64,000 nt of DNA from an uncultured Pseudomonadales bacterium (GCA_964414895.1 CAYPXO010000001.1:26999-90998), one strand, 5' to 3'; positions 1 through 9,291 are shown, counted from the stretch's first letter. The notes: generated by a model from the letters alone, not told the origin. Translations and numbers: made by a program.

Positions 1-177
1 GCAATCCTCTTTTTCAGCTTTGCCGTCGCCAGAGGCTTAGACCGCAGTTTTGAAAACAAAGATCGCATGTTGTGCAACTCAGCCAAAGTAAGCGGGAACG
101 AAGAATGGCTTAAAAAATGTGAGTGTTTTTATAACGGCGCACCGATTAGGTGCATTCAAAACTATGACCGAGAATAA
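1..177 (+). CDS. 3' end of a phage hypothetical protein (partial)
   Basis: Frame 1 is open from the window start (AILFFSFAVARG...NYDRE) to TAA at 175-177, overlapping the next start. Confidence 0.6.
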   Translation, partial: AILFFSFAVARGLDRSFENKDRMLCNSAKVSGNEEWLKKCECFYNGAPIRCIQNYDRE

Positions 178-1051
178 ACAACCAGACAACCAAAGCCTAG
201 TGATCGCCCAGCCAGCCCAGCAGCTAGATCAATTCGGCGACAGAAAAAAGAGCATGCGCAAGCTGGTGAAGACCCAAATGAAAGAAGGGATTGACTACGG
301 CGTCATCCCAGGAACAAACAAAAAAACCCTCCTGCAGCCAGGAGCAGAAAAGCTGGCAAACCTATACACCTTAATTCCCACCTTTGAATTGACTAAGGAG
401 ATCGAAGACTGGAAAAAGGGCTTTTTTTACTACCGCTACCTTTGCAAGCTCTCCTACAATGTCCCGCTGACCAAAGAGGGCGGGAACGGCAACCTTGAAG
501 TCTACGATGCCAAAACAGTCCCCGCAGGGGAAGCAGAGCGCAGCTGCAATTCCAGGGAGAAAAAATACCTCTACATCAATGTGCCAGAACGCTTCGCCAC
601 CGCAGACCAGAAGGCAAATGCAATCTCGCAATTCACTAGGAAAGAAAAAGGCTACACCAACATATACCTGCGGATTAAAAAGACTCCAGAGGAAAGCGCC
701 GATGACGCCAACACCATTCAATCGATGGCACAGAAGCGGGCGCTAGTGGCTGCAGTGAGAACGGCAACAATGGCAAGCGACATCTTCCTAGAGGAAGTCT
801 CAGACGCCGATCCAGCTCCAACAACCAAAGAGGAAGACCTAGTCAGAGTCAACCAGATTAAAAAACTCCATGCGGTAGCCAGACCTAGAGGATTCGATAA
901 CGGCAAGCTCCACGAAACAATTGAGGCACTTTATCAGAAAGACTCAATCACCAAACTGACTGGGCAGCAAATCTACGAACTGACAGAAAAGCTCATGGAA
1001 TACGAGATTGTTGGCAACGGCGATCCGCCAGAGAGGAGGGTAACAGCATGA
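164..1051 (+). CDS. Putative phage single-strand annealing/recombination protein
   Basis: DYGVIPG..K.TL...GAEKL and NTIQSMAQKRALVAAV motifs; lies before the replication gene; start moved to AAAACTATG at 164. Confidence 0.55.
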   Translation: MTENKQPDNQSLVIAQPAQQLDQFGDRKKSMRKLVKTQMKEGIDYGVIPGTNKKTLLQPGAEKLANLYTLIPTFELTKEIEDWKKGFFYYRYLCKLSYNVPLTKEGGNGNLEVYDAKTVPAGEAERSCNSREKKYLYINVPERFATADQKANAISQFTRKEKGYTNIYLRIKKTPEESADDANTIQSMAQKRALVAAVRTATMASDIFLEEVSDADPAPTTKEEDLVRVNQIKKLHAVARPRGFDNGKLHETIEALYQKDSITKLTGQQIYELTEKLMEYEIVGNGDPPERRVTA

Positions 1052-1878
1052 CGCAAACCAGATTTAAAATCATCGACGAATCTCAAGACCGAAAGTATTT
1101 TGCAATCGTCCCAAACTACATTATCAACCACTCCACCCTGAAAGAGCGGGGATTTTACCTGACCTTGAAAAGAATCGCTGGCGAGGAAGGGCGGGTTTAT
1201 TACTCGATGAGAGAACTGGCAAAGCAATGCGGAGTCAGCAAAGACACAGTAAACAGGCTTCTAAAATCGCTTCTGAAAAGAGGGTGGATCAGAGAAGCAG
1301 GCACAATTCCAGCCAAGACCAAACCCAGGATGACCTACGCAATCGTTGATTTATGGGACAAAAACAACGAATTCTATAAAAACAAAAAGATTGTCTCAAA
1401 ACAAGGACAATCTCCGATGAAAAAAAAGATTGTCGCAAACCAGGGACAAAGATCGGCGCAAACCAGGGACACAAAAGAAGAACCAGGTAAAGAAGAACTT
1501 AATAATACAGTTGAGGCTAAAGCCTCCGTTAATAGAAAAAATGTGGATAACTCTGGGGATAAACGCACTCCCACCCCAATAGGAGAAATCCTTAAAAGGC
1601 TAGAACGCAAACCCGACGCATTCCAAAAAAGCAGGATTAAATACCAATGGCAAGACGAGGCAATAAGAATGTGGCATGAAATCGGGCTAAGCAAATCTCC
1701 GTCAAGTAGTTTTTTCAAGCTGTTTAAACTCGCCCACCGAAAGGGTGAACAAGGCAAACTCTCAATTTGTCTGAGCTACTGCAAGGATGCAGAAGGAATC
1801 AGAGACATGGAGAAGTTATTTTACTGGCGCTTTGCCAACGAGCCAGGGAAGGCTGGCGACAGAAAGCATGACCTATGA
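1048..1878 (+). CDS. Phage replication initiator with N-terminal HTH
   Basis: YFAIVPN N-terminus; HTH (SMRELAKQCGVSKDTVNRLLKSLLKRGWI); internal iteron-like repeats. Confidence 0.75.
   Translation: MTQTRFKIIDESQDRKYFAIVPNYIINHSTLKERGFYLTLKRIAGEEGRVYYSMRELAKQCGVSKDTVNRLLKSLLKRGWIREAGTIPAKTKPRMTYAIVDLWDKNNEFYKNKKIVSKQGQSPMKKKIVANQGQRSAQTRDTKEEPGKEELNNTVEAKASVNRKNVDNSGDKRTPTPIGEILKRLERKPDAFQKSRIKYQWQDEAIRMWHEIGLSKSPSSSFFKLFKLAHRKGEQGKLSICLSYCKDAEGIRDMEKLFYWRFANEPGKAGDRKHDL
1384..1562. promoter_or_regulatory. Putative phage replication origin (iterons plus DnaA boxes)
   Basis: Three GAT.G.C.CAAA.CA.GGACA repeats at ~1389-1471; TGTGGATAA at 1542-1550; TGGGGATAA at 1554-1562. Confidence 0.6.
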
Positions 1879-2600
1879 GAAAAAGAACGATCCTAATTTT
1901 ATTAACAGCAGCCCTGGCGATAGCGGGAATCACCGCCAAAATAACCTATGAAAAAAACCGCACACCAGCAATACAGAAGGGTGATGAGGAGACTCAGCAG
2001 CAAGCTGAACCGACCCCTACCCCTGAACCCGATCCACGCATTGAGATCGTGGCTGAGCGACTGGCTGAAGAAGGCAGCCCGCTCACTGACAAAGCTGGCG
2101 TCTTTGTTAACTGTGGGAGCGATAACGGCATCGATCCGTATCTGCTGGTTGGCATCACAAGCATTGAAAGCAGCTTCGGAAAACAGTCGTGCGGAGGGAA
2201 TGCCTGGGGCTGGGCAAACTGCAGAATTCAACATTCCTCGCTTGAAGCTGCGTGCCAGTCCGTCGCCGAAGGAATTGCAGAAAAACCTTATTACAGTCGA
2301 TACCGCCAAACAGGTCGAGTCGAGGATTTGGGAAGTGTGTATTGCCCCTCAAATTCAGGCTGCGACACGGCAAACTGGGTGGCAAAAGTTAAAGAGGTGG
2401 TTGCCGATCTTCAGGATCGGGAATTTGAAAAAGCAATGTTAGACCTAACCAAATACCTCCCAGGCGATAAGAGCAAAGAGGAAATGCAAAAGAACCTAGA
2501 GGAGCTGAAAAAGCGCCTGGAGAAAGCATCAGGCACAAACAAAGAGGTGGTCGAAATTCTAATCAGAGCCAACAAAAGGGCTTTAGAAAAACAAAAATGA
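1875..2600 (+). CDS. Membrane-anchored lysozyme-like/glucosaminidase-domain protein
   Basis: N-terminal hydrophobic helix; PT linker; GIDPYLLVGITSIESSFG...NAWGW motif. Confidence 0.6.
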   Translation: MRKRTILILLTAALAIAGITAKITYEKNRTPAIQKGDEETQQQAEPTPTPEPDPRIEIVAERLAEEGSPLTDKAGVFVNCGSDNGIDPYLLVGITSIESSFGKQSCGGNAWGWANCRIQHSSLEAACQSVAEGIAEKPYYSRYRQTGRVEDLGSVYCPSNSGCDTANWVAKVKEVVADLQDREFEKAMLDLTKYLPGDKSKEEMQKNLEELKKRLEKASGTNKEVVEILIRANKRALEKQK

Positions 2601-3121
2601 AAACCATCGAAGAAGCAAAACAATATGTATTTGACGAGGAAAATTGGACAAGGGGCTGTCGATGCTCCGTGTGCGGTCACTATGTCAGAAAATACCGCAA
2701 GACAATTTACAATGTCAGTGCCTACGCTCTGATCCTGATTTATAAACTGACCCTGAAATTAAACCCTGACGGCGGGTGGCTACACATCACTAAAGAATTC
2801 GCAAAGCACTTCGGATTGCATGCCTCTGCTTACGATTACAGCCAGCTTGAAAGATGGGGGTTGACTGAAAGAAAGAAGCCTAATCTAGAGAAAAATAAAC
2901 CGAGCAATGGCTTTTATCGCATAACCCAACTAGGAATAGATTTTGTTGAGGGTCGAGCAAAAGTCAAAAAATACCTCTGGATGTATAACGGCAAAGTCCT
3001 AGAGTGGGAAGACGAAGAAACCACACTTAAAGAAGCCCTGGGGAAAAAATTCGACTATCAGGAATTGATGGCAGATTGTCCAGCGCCAAAGTTACCAGCG
3101 CAGCAAACTCTAATCTTATGA
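2597..3121 (+). CDS. Phage hypothetical protein (CxxC, possible winged helix)
   Basis: ATGA overlaps on both sides; CSVCG; ITQLGIDFV motif. Confidence 0.6.
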   Translation: MKTIEEAKQYVFDEENWTRGCRCSVCGHYVRKYRKTIYNVSAYALILIYKLTLKLNPDGGWLHITKEFAKHFGLHASAYDYSQLERWGLTERKKPNLEKNKPSNGFYRITQLGIDFVEGRAKVKKYLWMYNGKVLEWEDEETTLKEALGKKFDYQELMADCPAPKLPAQQTLIL

Positions 3122-3456
3122 ACAAAACAGAAAAAATAGCATTCGACGAATTAAGAGTGGCAGGCTACGAGGTCGAGCAGCCAATCAACAAGACCCTCAG
3201 AACGAAGCGGGGGTATATTACGCTCCGCCACGACCTTTGGGGGATTTGGGATTTTTGTGCGGTCAATAAAAAAGAGATCAGATTTATACAGGTTTCGGAA
3301 AAATACATGAGCCAGAAAACGAAAGCCGACCAACTGCGAATGATTGAATTCCCTAGACCGCCACACGCCAAAAAAGAATACTGGCGTTGGGATAAAAAGA
3401 AGGGCGATTTTATCATCGAAAAAATAGGAGGGGAGGTGAAGAATCATGGCAGATAA
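3118..3456 (+). CDS. PD-(D/E)XK nuclease, Holliday junction resolvase-like
   Basis: E..A...L...GY and DLWGIWDFCAV...IRFIQV pattern; start at 3118 by ATGA overlap. Confidence 0.55.
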   Translation: MNKTEKIAFDELRVAGYEVEQPINKTLRTKRGYITLRHDLWGIWDFCAVNKKEIRFIQVSEKYMSQKTKADQLRMIEFPRPPHAKKEYWRWDKKKGDFIIEKIGGEVKNHGR

Positions 3457-3604
3457 AAAACCTAAATATCACTTTGAAGGCAAGCGCAAAAACGCCAGGG
3501 GCAAGGAAGTCTATGTGGTCATGGAATTAAAAACAAACAAGATGCTAGAGCTGGACGAAAAGGCATTTAACAAAAAAGACAAAGCAGGGGAGGTGGAAAA
3601 ATAA
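3446..3604 (+). CDS. Small phage hypothetical protein (52 aa, not in ORF track)
   Basis: GGAGGTGA SD, then MADKKPKYHFEGKRK...EVEK. Confidence 0.65.
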   Translation: MADKKPKYHFEGKRKNARGKEVYVVMELKTNKMLELDEKAFNKKDKAGEVEK

Positions 3605-3608
3605 GCCT

Positions 3609-3872
3609 ATGAAAACCAGAAAACAACACCTACAAGCGATGGTCGAAAGCCTGGAGCAGGACTTAATCATTGGTGAAATCAATCAGGCTTTTATTAAGGG
3701 TCTCGATCCGAGCCAGCCATATGGCATCGGGCAAAAGACTAAAGCGGAAGCCCTCGCCGTTGAAGAAATAAACGAGAGAAAGCAGCGCAAATGTCTAGAG
3801 ATTGCAAAAAAACTACTTGCCAAAGAAGAAGCAGCAAACATTGAGGAAGGAGGTGATAAACATGCTAACTGA
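3609..3872 (+). CDS. Phage hypothetical protein
   Basis: Tightly packed ORF in the operon. Confidence 0.65.
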   Translation: MKTRKQHLQAMVESLEQDLIIGEINQAFIKGLDPSQPYGIGQKTKAEALAVEEINERKQRKCLEIAKKLLAKEEAANIEEGGDKHAN

Positions 3873-4020
3873 CAAACAAACAAAAAGGCTCGAAGAACTG
3901 CGCACCAAAGCAGGGCTAGACGAGAAGGAATGGGAGGAGCTGAGGAAGCTCGACAGATTGGAGGAGGGCGCAGCCAAGAAGGAGGCAGGAGAAGACGAGG
4001 AGGACAAGAGTGCTGAGTAA
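3862..4020 (+). CDS. Small acidic phage protein
   Basis: GGAGGTGA SD before ATG 3862 (MLTDKQ...). Confidence 0.65.
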   Translation: MLTDKQTKRLEELRTKAGLDEKEWEELRKLDRLEEGAAKKEAGEDEEDKSAE

Positions 4021-4072
4021 TCCTCTGAATCCTGGGGGCGGGAGGGCAGCGCCCCTGGGATTGAAAGGATTA
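4018..4072 (+). other. Long intergenic hairpin
   Basis: TAATCCT..AATCCTGGGGGCG pairs with CGCCCCTGGGATT..AGGATTA; no U-tract. Confidence 0.6.
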
Positions 4073-4128
4073 AAACACATGACCAAAAACCTATTAAAAA
4101 ATCAAAAACTGAAAGGAGGTGAGAATCC

Positions 4129-4326
4129 GTGAAGCAAGTAGTGCGATGCGTAGGATGCAGCAAAATCGTAGGGCTTTATAAGACCTACAGCGTCCAAGTG
4201 ACAGAGACTCCGATTGTAAACGGCACACGAATGCCAGAAATAAAATATAAAGGCAGGATTTGCAAAGAATGCGCCCAGGGTGCAGGTTACAAAATCGGAA
4301 TCAAACATGAACCAAAAAAAAGCTAG
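4129..4326 (+). CDS. Zinc-finger protein
   Basis: CVGC...CKEC; SD GGAGGTGA; GTG start. Confidence 0.65.
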   Translation: MKQVVRCVGCSKIVGLYKTYSVQVTETPIVNGTRMPEIKYKGRICKECAQGAGYKIGIKHEPKKS

Positions 4327-4459
4327 GTTGCTAAAGAAGCTGGCGAGAAGTCTGGGACTACCCTACAAGGTAATTAAAAAGCGATACCAGAGCTTTAATT
4401 CCTTACAGCGTGACGAAATGGCAAAAGAGCTAAAGCGGATTCAAAAAGCAAACCTATGA
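4307..4459 (+). CDS. Small basic phage protein (50 aa, not in ORF track)
   Basis: MNQKKARLLKKLARSLG...KANL fills the gap and ends in an ATGA overlap. Confidence 0.55.
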   Translation: MNQKKARLLKKLARSLGLPYKVIKKRYQSFNSLQRDEMAKELKRIQKANL

Positions 4460-4641
4460 AAAACACAAAACTAATCGAGCCAATACTGAGAGAAGACTAT
4501 GTCTCCCCTCACTTGAAAGAAGAAGCCCGCAAGCGGGAGATCGAACCCCTCCCGCCAGAGACAGAGGGTTTAAGTTGGGGGGAACGACTGTGGCTTTTTA
4601 TAGTGCGGGTGATTACTAAATTCTTAAGGAAATATGGTTAA
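4456..4641 (+). CDS. Phage hypothetical protein
   Basis: Overlapping start and stop with neighbours. Confidence 0.55.
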   Translation: MKNTKLIEPILREDYVSPHLKEEARKREIEPLPPETEGLSWGERLWLFIVRVITKFLRKYG

Positions 4642-5890
4642 CAAAACAGACTACCCGAAAATCGCAATAAGCACCCTGAGATTTGCCGAATACAATCCTA
4701 GGCAGATCACTAGGAGCGTGATCGAATCGCTTAAAAAATCAATGAAGCGGTTCAAGTGCGTCGTGCCGATAGTAATTAACACCTACAAAGGCAGGGGAAA
4801 TGTAGTAGTTGGTGGCGAAAAAAGAGTGCGGGCAGCAACCGAGCTAGGCTGGAAGGAAATCGAATACACCACAGTCAACATTCCCCTAGAAGACGAGAAG
4901 GCGCTAAACCTGGCATTAAACAAGATCGAAGACAAGTGGGACGATGCAAAACTGGCAGCCGTGGTGACCGACCTAGCCAAAAAGGACTTTGATTTATCAG
5001 TGACAGGATTCAACGAGGTGGAAATTAGCAACCTGCTCGACACTACAATGATGCTTAACCTCGAAGAAGAACCCTGGGACACGGAAAAAGAGCTGGCAAA
5101 AATAACCGAGCCGACCTCAAAACTCGGTGAGGTTTATCAGATCGGCGATCATCGGCTTATGTGCGGGGACGCCACCAAACCAGAGGATGTGGCGAAACTG
5201 ATGGACGGTAAGAAAGCGGACATGGTCTTTACTGACCCGCCCTACAATGTCGCTCATACCAGCAAGGAAAAGAAGGGTAAATTCCATACAGAAGAAGGCA
5301 CGATCCTTGGGGATGACCAGAGCCAGGAGGACTTCCGAGCTTTTACTCAAGCGTTTTTCAAAAACTACAATGAAATCCTAAAGCCAGGCGGGATAATTTA
5401 TGTCTGCACAGGCTACAGCTCCTACCCCCTGTTTTATTACCAGATGCTCAATGCAGGGTTTGTTTTTAGCTCGACGATAGTCTGGGTCAAACCAAGCTAT
5501 GCCATCGGTTGGGGGGATTATAAAAAGCAATACGAGCAGGTGATGCGAGGCAGGAGAAGGACTGGCAAAGCCAAAGGCGAGCCGATCCTCTACGGCTGGA
5601 GACAAGGAGAGCGCCATCAATTCGAAGGTGACAGAACCGAAAGCGATGTCTGGGAATTCCCCAGGAAGGCAATTACCGACATGGTTCACCCGACGGAAAA
5701 GCCAGAGTGGTTAATTATGAAAGCGATCAAAGGCGGATGCAGAGTCGGACAGCTAGTCGTCGATTTATTCGGCGGATCGGGAAGCACGCTGATGGCAGCA
5801 CACAAACTAAGCAGAGTCAGTTATTTAATGGAGCTAGACCCCAAGTTCTGTGATTTGATCAGAAAGAGGGCGGAAAGGTTAAAAATCTAG
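4634..5890 (+). CDS. ParB-N domain fused to N6/N4 DNA methyltransferase (beta class)
   Basis: YNPR...PIVIN...GG.KR; DMVFTDPPY; HPTEKP; DLFGGSGST. Confidence 0.9.
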   Translation: MVNKTDYPKIAISTLRFAEYNPRQITRSVIESLKKSMKRFKCVVPIVINTYKGRGNVVVGGEKRVRAATELGWKEIEYTTVNIPLEDEKALNLALNKIEDKWDDAKLAAVVTDLAKKDFDLSVTGFNEVEISNLLDTTMMLNLEEEPWDTEKELAKITEPTSKLGEVYQIGDHRLMCGDATKPEDVAKLMDGKKADMVFTDPPYNVAHTSKEKKGKFHTEEGTILGDDQSQEDFRAFTQAFFKNYNEILKPGGIIYVCTGYSSYPLFYYQMLNAGFVFSSTIVWVKPSYAIGWGDYKKQYEQVMRGRRRTGKAKGEPILYGWRQGERHQFEGDRTESDVWEFPRKAITDMVHPTEKPEWLIMKAIKGGCRVGQLVVDLFGGSGSTLMAAHKLSRVSYLMELDPKFCDLIRKRAERLKI

Positions 5891-5970
5891 CCTTGTCGAC
5901 GCCACCAGATCGATTCTGTGGGGCGTTTGACAGGCGGGTGGGACATAGAACCACCCAAAAACAATAAAGA

Positions 5971-6132
5971 ATGTCAAAAAGTAAAAAAAGGCGCAATTTA
6001 TCAAAGCGAAGACGCAAAAAACTAAGAAAACTTAAAAGAAAACAGCAAAAAGGTATCCAAGAAGACATTAAAAAGCTGGTGATCGCCAGAATTAAAACGA
6101 TGCCAGACAATCTGAGAATTAGTATTGGCTAA
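5971..6132 (+). CDS. Arg/Lys-rich 53-aa peptide (not in ORF track)
   Basis: MSKSKKRRNLSKRRRKKLRKLKRKQQKGIQEDIKKLVIARIKTMPDNLRISIG; stops 5 nt before the next ATG. Confidence 0.55.
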   Translation: MSKSKKRRNLSKRRRKKLRKLKRKQQKGIQEDIKKLVIARIKTMPDNLRISIG

Positions 6133-6137
6133 AAACT

Positions 6138-6767
6138 ATGGCAAAAAAACAAATAAAACCAACCAAGAAAACTGTCGACAAAAGTCCACAAGTGCCTACG
6201 GAAGATAAACCTCCCAAACTGTCGACAGAGAAAATGAAGGGCGAAACCAATCGCCACTTTTTAGCATGGTTACTTTACTGCCAAGCTGGGAGTCTTAGAA
6301 AAACTTTAGCTGTGTGGGATAAAGCACTGGGCATAGAAGGAGAAGTCGATTACAGAAAGCTAGGGAAGAAACCTTCCTTAAAAACTCTTAACAGGTGGTC
6401 AATGAAATACCGCTGGGGCGAAAGGGATGAGCTGCGGTTCGAGGAGACTCTCGCAGGTTTGAAAAAAGAAACGATCCGTATTGACAAGGAGCGCAAAGAC
6501 AGAGTCGCTCAGCTTTTCAAAATTGCAATGAACAAGAAACTCAGACAACTCAATATCCCCCAGGGAGAGGCAGTGAGCGACACCCTGCTTAATTACCTGT
6601 GGAGGATGCACCGAGTCGAAATGGGGTTGCCAACAGACTACAGCAAGCATGATGTCTACACGCCGATCAGGGAAGAAGACCAACAGCCATTGACACCAGA
6701 AGAAACTGTGCTAAGCCAAAAAATTACTCAGTTAGAAAAAGAACACAATGACAAAATCAACCAGTAA
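6138..6767 (+). CDS. Putative terminase small subunit
   Basis: Directly upstream of TerL; SLRKT...TLNRWS.KY.W.ER HTH-like pattern. Confidence 0.6.
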   Translation: MAKKQIKPTKKTVDKSPQVPTEDKPPKLSTEKMKGETNRHFLAWLLYCQAGSLRKTLAVWDKALGIEGEVDYRKLGKKPSLKTLNRWSMKYRWGERDELRFEETLAGLKKETIRIDKERKDRVAQLFKIAMNKKLRQLNIPQGEAVSDTLLNYLWRMHRVEMGLPTDYSKHDVYTPIREEDQQPLTPEETVLSQKITQLEKEHNDKINQ

Positions 6768-8310
6768 TAAATACCAACGATTAAATATCCTAACCTGGAT
6801 TCGGGAAAACAATATTAAGAACGAGCGTGGCGAGCCGATAGAATTCGAGCAGCACCGCTTCATGCAGGATTTATATGCCGATGTCGCCCCGATTCAGGTC
6901 GTCAGAAAAGGGTCGCAGATCGGCGCAAGTTTAATGGAAATCCTCAAGGTGCTTCATGCAGCCCGCTTCTGGGGCATCAACCAGATTTATACCCTTCCGA
7001 CCAGCGATGATGTCTTCAAATTCGTGCCAGGCAAAGTTAATCGAATCATCAGATTAAATCCCTGCATCAAGGAAGGAATCCCTCCAAAAAGTGTAGACGC
7101 CATTGAACAAAAGCAGATAGGCAAAAGCTGGCTTTACTTCAAAGGGACATTCACCGAAAGAGAAGCTATTATCTTAACCTCAGATCGCAATATTCACGAC
7201 GAGCTGGACAAGTCAAACCCAGATGTGGTGCGAGACTACCTCTCCCGTATGAGCTACTCAAAAATTAGAAGCCAGCACTACTTCAGCACGCCCACGATCC
7301 CCGACTTCGGCATTGACAAGCTATTCCAAGACTCAGACCAGAAGCACTGGCGCTTTAACTGCCCCCACTGCACCTACCGCCAGCACATGGACTGGGAGAA
7401 GAATGTCGATGAGAAGCGGGGCATTTATGTCTGCCAGAAATGCAAAAAGGAAATCACGCCAAAAAACATCAACAAATACGGCAGCTGGGAGGCACGCTAC
7501 CCAGGCAAACCAGTATCTGGCTACTGGATCAGCCAGATGAACTGCCCCTGGCGCACCGCAGCCGACCTAATCAAAGAGCGTGAAGACGCTGAAGACGACA
7601 CCTATTTTTACAATTTCATCCTGGGGCTGCCTTACCTCTCAGCCGAGCAGCGCATCCCAGCCAGCCTATTCCTGCGCAATCTGACAGAGGCAGAAGCCGA
7701 AGCAGCCGAAGACTACAATGTGATGGGCATTGACACAGGCTCAGGCTCAGGCAAAGGCAACCATGTCATCATCGGTAACCAGAAGGGAATCTTCTGGATG
7801 GGCATTTTAACCGACAAGCCAGACAAAGACCGTTGGGAGCAGATCGCCGAGCTTATAAAATTCTATGACATCAGGGTAACGATCATCGACGGACAGCCTT
7901 ACACTGTGGAAGCCCTGAGTCTAGCCAGGCAATTCCCCTACCGAGTCTACCTCTGCTGGTTCAAAGACGACCCCAAAATGCTCGAAATCGTCCGTTTTTT
8001 TGACGAAGAAGAAGGCAAGGAAAAAGACCTAGAAGACGAAATCAAAGTGCTTGCCTCAAGAACCAGAATCATCGACGACACAATAACCGCTCTCCACAAG
8101 CACGAAATCAAGTTCGCCATGAAGCCAGACAGCCCCACCTTCAAAATGCTAATCAAGCATGCCCAGACAATGTATGCCAGATCGGTGACGGATAAGTTAG
8201 AACAGGTAAAAAGAGAGTGGGCAAGCACAGGAGCAAATGACTTCTTCCTGGCGCTGATTTACTGGCACATCGGACTTAAAAAAAGAAATAAATATGAACC
8301 AAACAAATAA
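6748..8310 (+). CDS. terL: Terminase large subunit (GpA-like)
   Basis: KGSQIGAS Walker A variant; IHDELD; STPT; CPHC/CQKC zinc ribbon; MGIDTG nuclease motif. Confidence 0.9.
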   Translation: MTKSTSNKYQRLNILTWIRENNIKNERGEPIEFEQHRFMQDLYADVAPIQVVRKGSQIGASLMEILKVLHAARFWGINQIYTLPTSDDVFKFVPGKVNRIIRLNPCIKEGIPPKSVDAIEQKQIGKSWLYFKGTFTEREAIILTSDRNIHDELDKSNPDVVRDYLSRMSYSKIRSQHYFSTPTIPDFGIDKLFQDSDQKHWRFNCPHCTYRQHMDWEKNVDEKRGIYVCQKCKKEITPKNINKYGSWEARYPGKPVSGYWISQMNCPWRTAADLIKEREDAEDDTYFYNFILGLPYLSAEQRIPASLFLRNLTEAEAEAAEDYNVMGIDTGSGSGKGNHVIIGNQKGIFWMGILTDKPDKDRWEQIAELIKFYDIRVTIIDGQPYTVEALSLARQFPYRVYLCWFKDDPKMLEIVRFFDEEEGKEKDLEDEIKVLASRTRIIDDTITALHKHEIKFAMKPDSPTFKMLIKHAQTMYARSVTDKLEQVKREWASTGANDFFLALIYWHIGLKKRNKYEPNK

Positions 8311-8518
8311 ACCAAAACCAATCACGCTCACGAAGGCAGAGCGGGAAATCATTGAAAATATCCGCCAGGTTAACTACGGCAGAGTGGTAATTTTCATTGA
8401 CAACGGCAAACCCTTCCGCAAAGAGATCGTCGCCCAAAAGAGAATCGGCAAAGAGGAGGGCGGAAGTGCTGGGCAGTATATCACCAAGCCAAAAGGAGGT
8501 GCAGGCGTAGAAATATGA
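8294..8518 (+). CDS. DUF2292/YezD-like small protein
   Basis: IIENIRQVNYGRVVIFIDNGKP fits the I.YG.V.I.I.DG pattern of the family (by eye). Confidence 0.55.
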   Translation: MNQTNKPKPITLTKAEREIIENIRQVNYGRVVIFIDNGKPFRKEIVAQKRIGKEEGGSAGQYITKPKGGAGVEI

Positions 8519-8688
8519 TGTTGAGAACCTACCCTACCAAAAAGAGCTGCGAGGAGGCATGCTTCCGCAGCCCAGTCCATAGGACGCCAGTCAAACTTAA
8601 GAATGGGCGCTGGGCAGCGATGACCTTCGACGAGCAACAAGAGTATGAGCGTAGATTCAAGAACCGCTTGACTTCTGTTAAAAAATAG
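8515..8688 (+). CDS. Small hypothetical protein (57 aa, not in ORF track)
   Basis: ATGA overlap; MMLRTYPTKKSCEEACFRSP...SVKK. Confidence 0.45.
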   Translation: MMLRTYPTKKSCEEACFRSPVHRTPVKLKNGRWAAMTFDEQQEYERRFKNRLTSVKK

Positions 8689-8695
8689 AGATAAT
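8668..8695 (+). promoter_or_regulatory. sigma70-like promoter for moron part 1
   Basis: TTGACT-16-GATAAT, 8 nt before ATG 8704. Confidence 0.45.
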
Positions 8696-8703
8696 GTAAC
8701 CAA

Positions 8704-8901
8704 ATGGTAAGTAATAAGCAAGTCAAACCAGGCAAGCTACTCAAACTAACCGAGGTTAGCAAGATGCTCAATGTTCACCCCAACACACTTCGGAAATGGG
8801 ATGAAAAAGGAATCCTCAAAGCGATCCGCTTCGGGCAGAGGCAAGACAGGCGCTACCGCAAAAAAGACATAGAAAAGTTAATTGAGAGGAGGCAGAAATG
8901 A
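8704..8901 (+). CDS. MerR/excisionase-type HTH protein
   Basis: LLKLTEVSKMLNVHPNTLRKWDEKG...RRYRKKDI. Confidence 0.85.
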   Translation: MVSNKQVKPGKLLKLTEVSKMLNVHPNTLRKWDEKGILKAIRFGQRQDRRYRKKDIEKLIERRQK

Positions 8902-9107
8902 AAGCAGCCCTAGAATTTATCGGCGAAACTGTAGGTTACTGGCTCTGGCTGGCAGGCTTTACCCTGGCACTAGGGGTTATAGGGCTGGGGATGGAGACAG
9001 ATGTAGGCTGGGCAATCATGATAATTTTTACAATAGCCTTGCTCATTAAAATCGCATACGGAATGATCGGCAAAGAGAAAAGCAACACCTATGACAAAAG
9101 CAAATAA
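8898..9107 (+). CDS. Small two-TM membrane protein
   Basis: Two hydrophobic helices. Confidence 0.6.
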   Translation: MKAALEFIGETVGYWLWLAGFTLALGVIGLGMETDVGWAIMIIFTIALLIKIAYGMIGKEKSNTYDKSK

Positions 9108-9291
9108 AGAATCACCAACCAGAAAAGAAGCCAAGCGGATACTCGGAGAATTAGCCTGCTTTATTTACCGCTCAGACGCCCACTACGACAGGCAAAACTA
9201 CGAGAGCGACCTAGACATTATCGAAGATTTAATAAATAAAGCACAGAAAGGAGGTGAGAAAGAAAAATGGCAAGACACACTAAAATCTTAA
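9091..9291 (+). CDS. Hypothetical protein
   Basis: Overlapping operon ORF. Confidence 0.55.
   Translation: MTKANKESPTRKEAKRILGELACFIYRSDAHYDRQNYESDLDIIEDLINKAQKGGEKEKWQDTLKS

Noticed and set aside
4018-4072. tRNA or intrinsic terminator
   Set aside because: Single hairpin with no cloverleaf and no U-tract; kept only as a hairpin, possibly a processing site.
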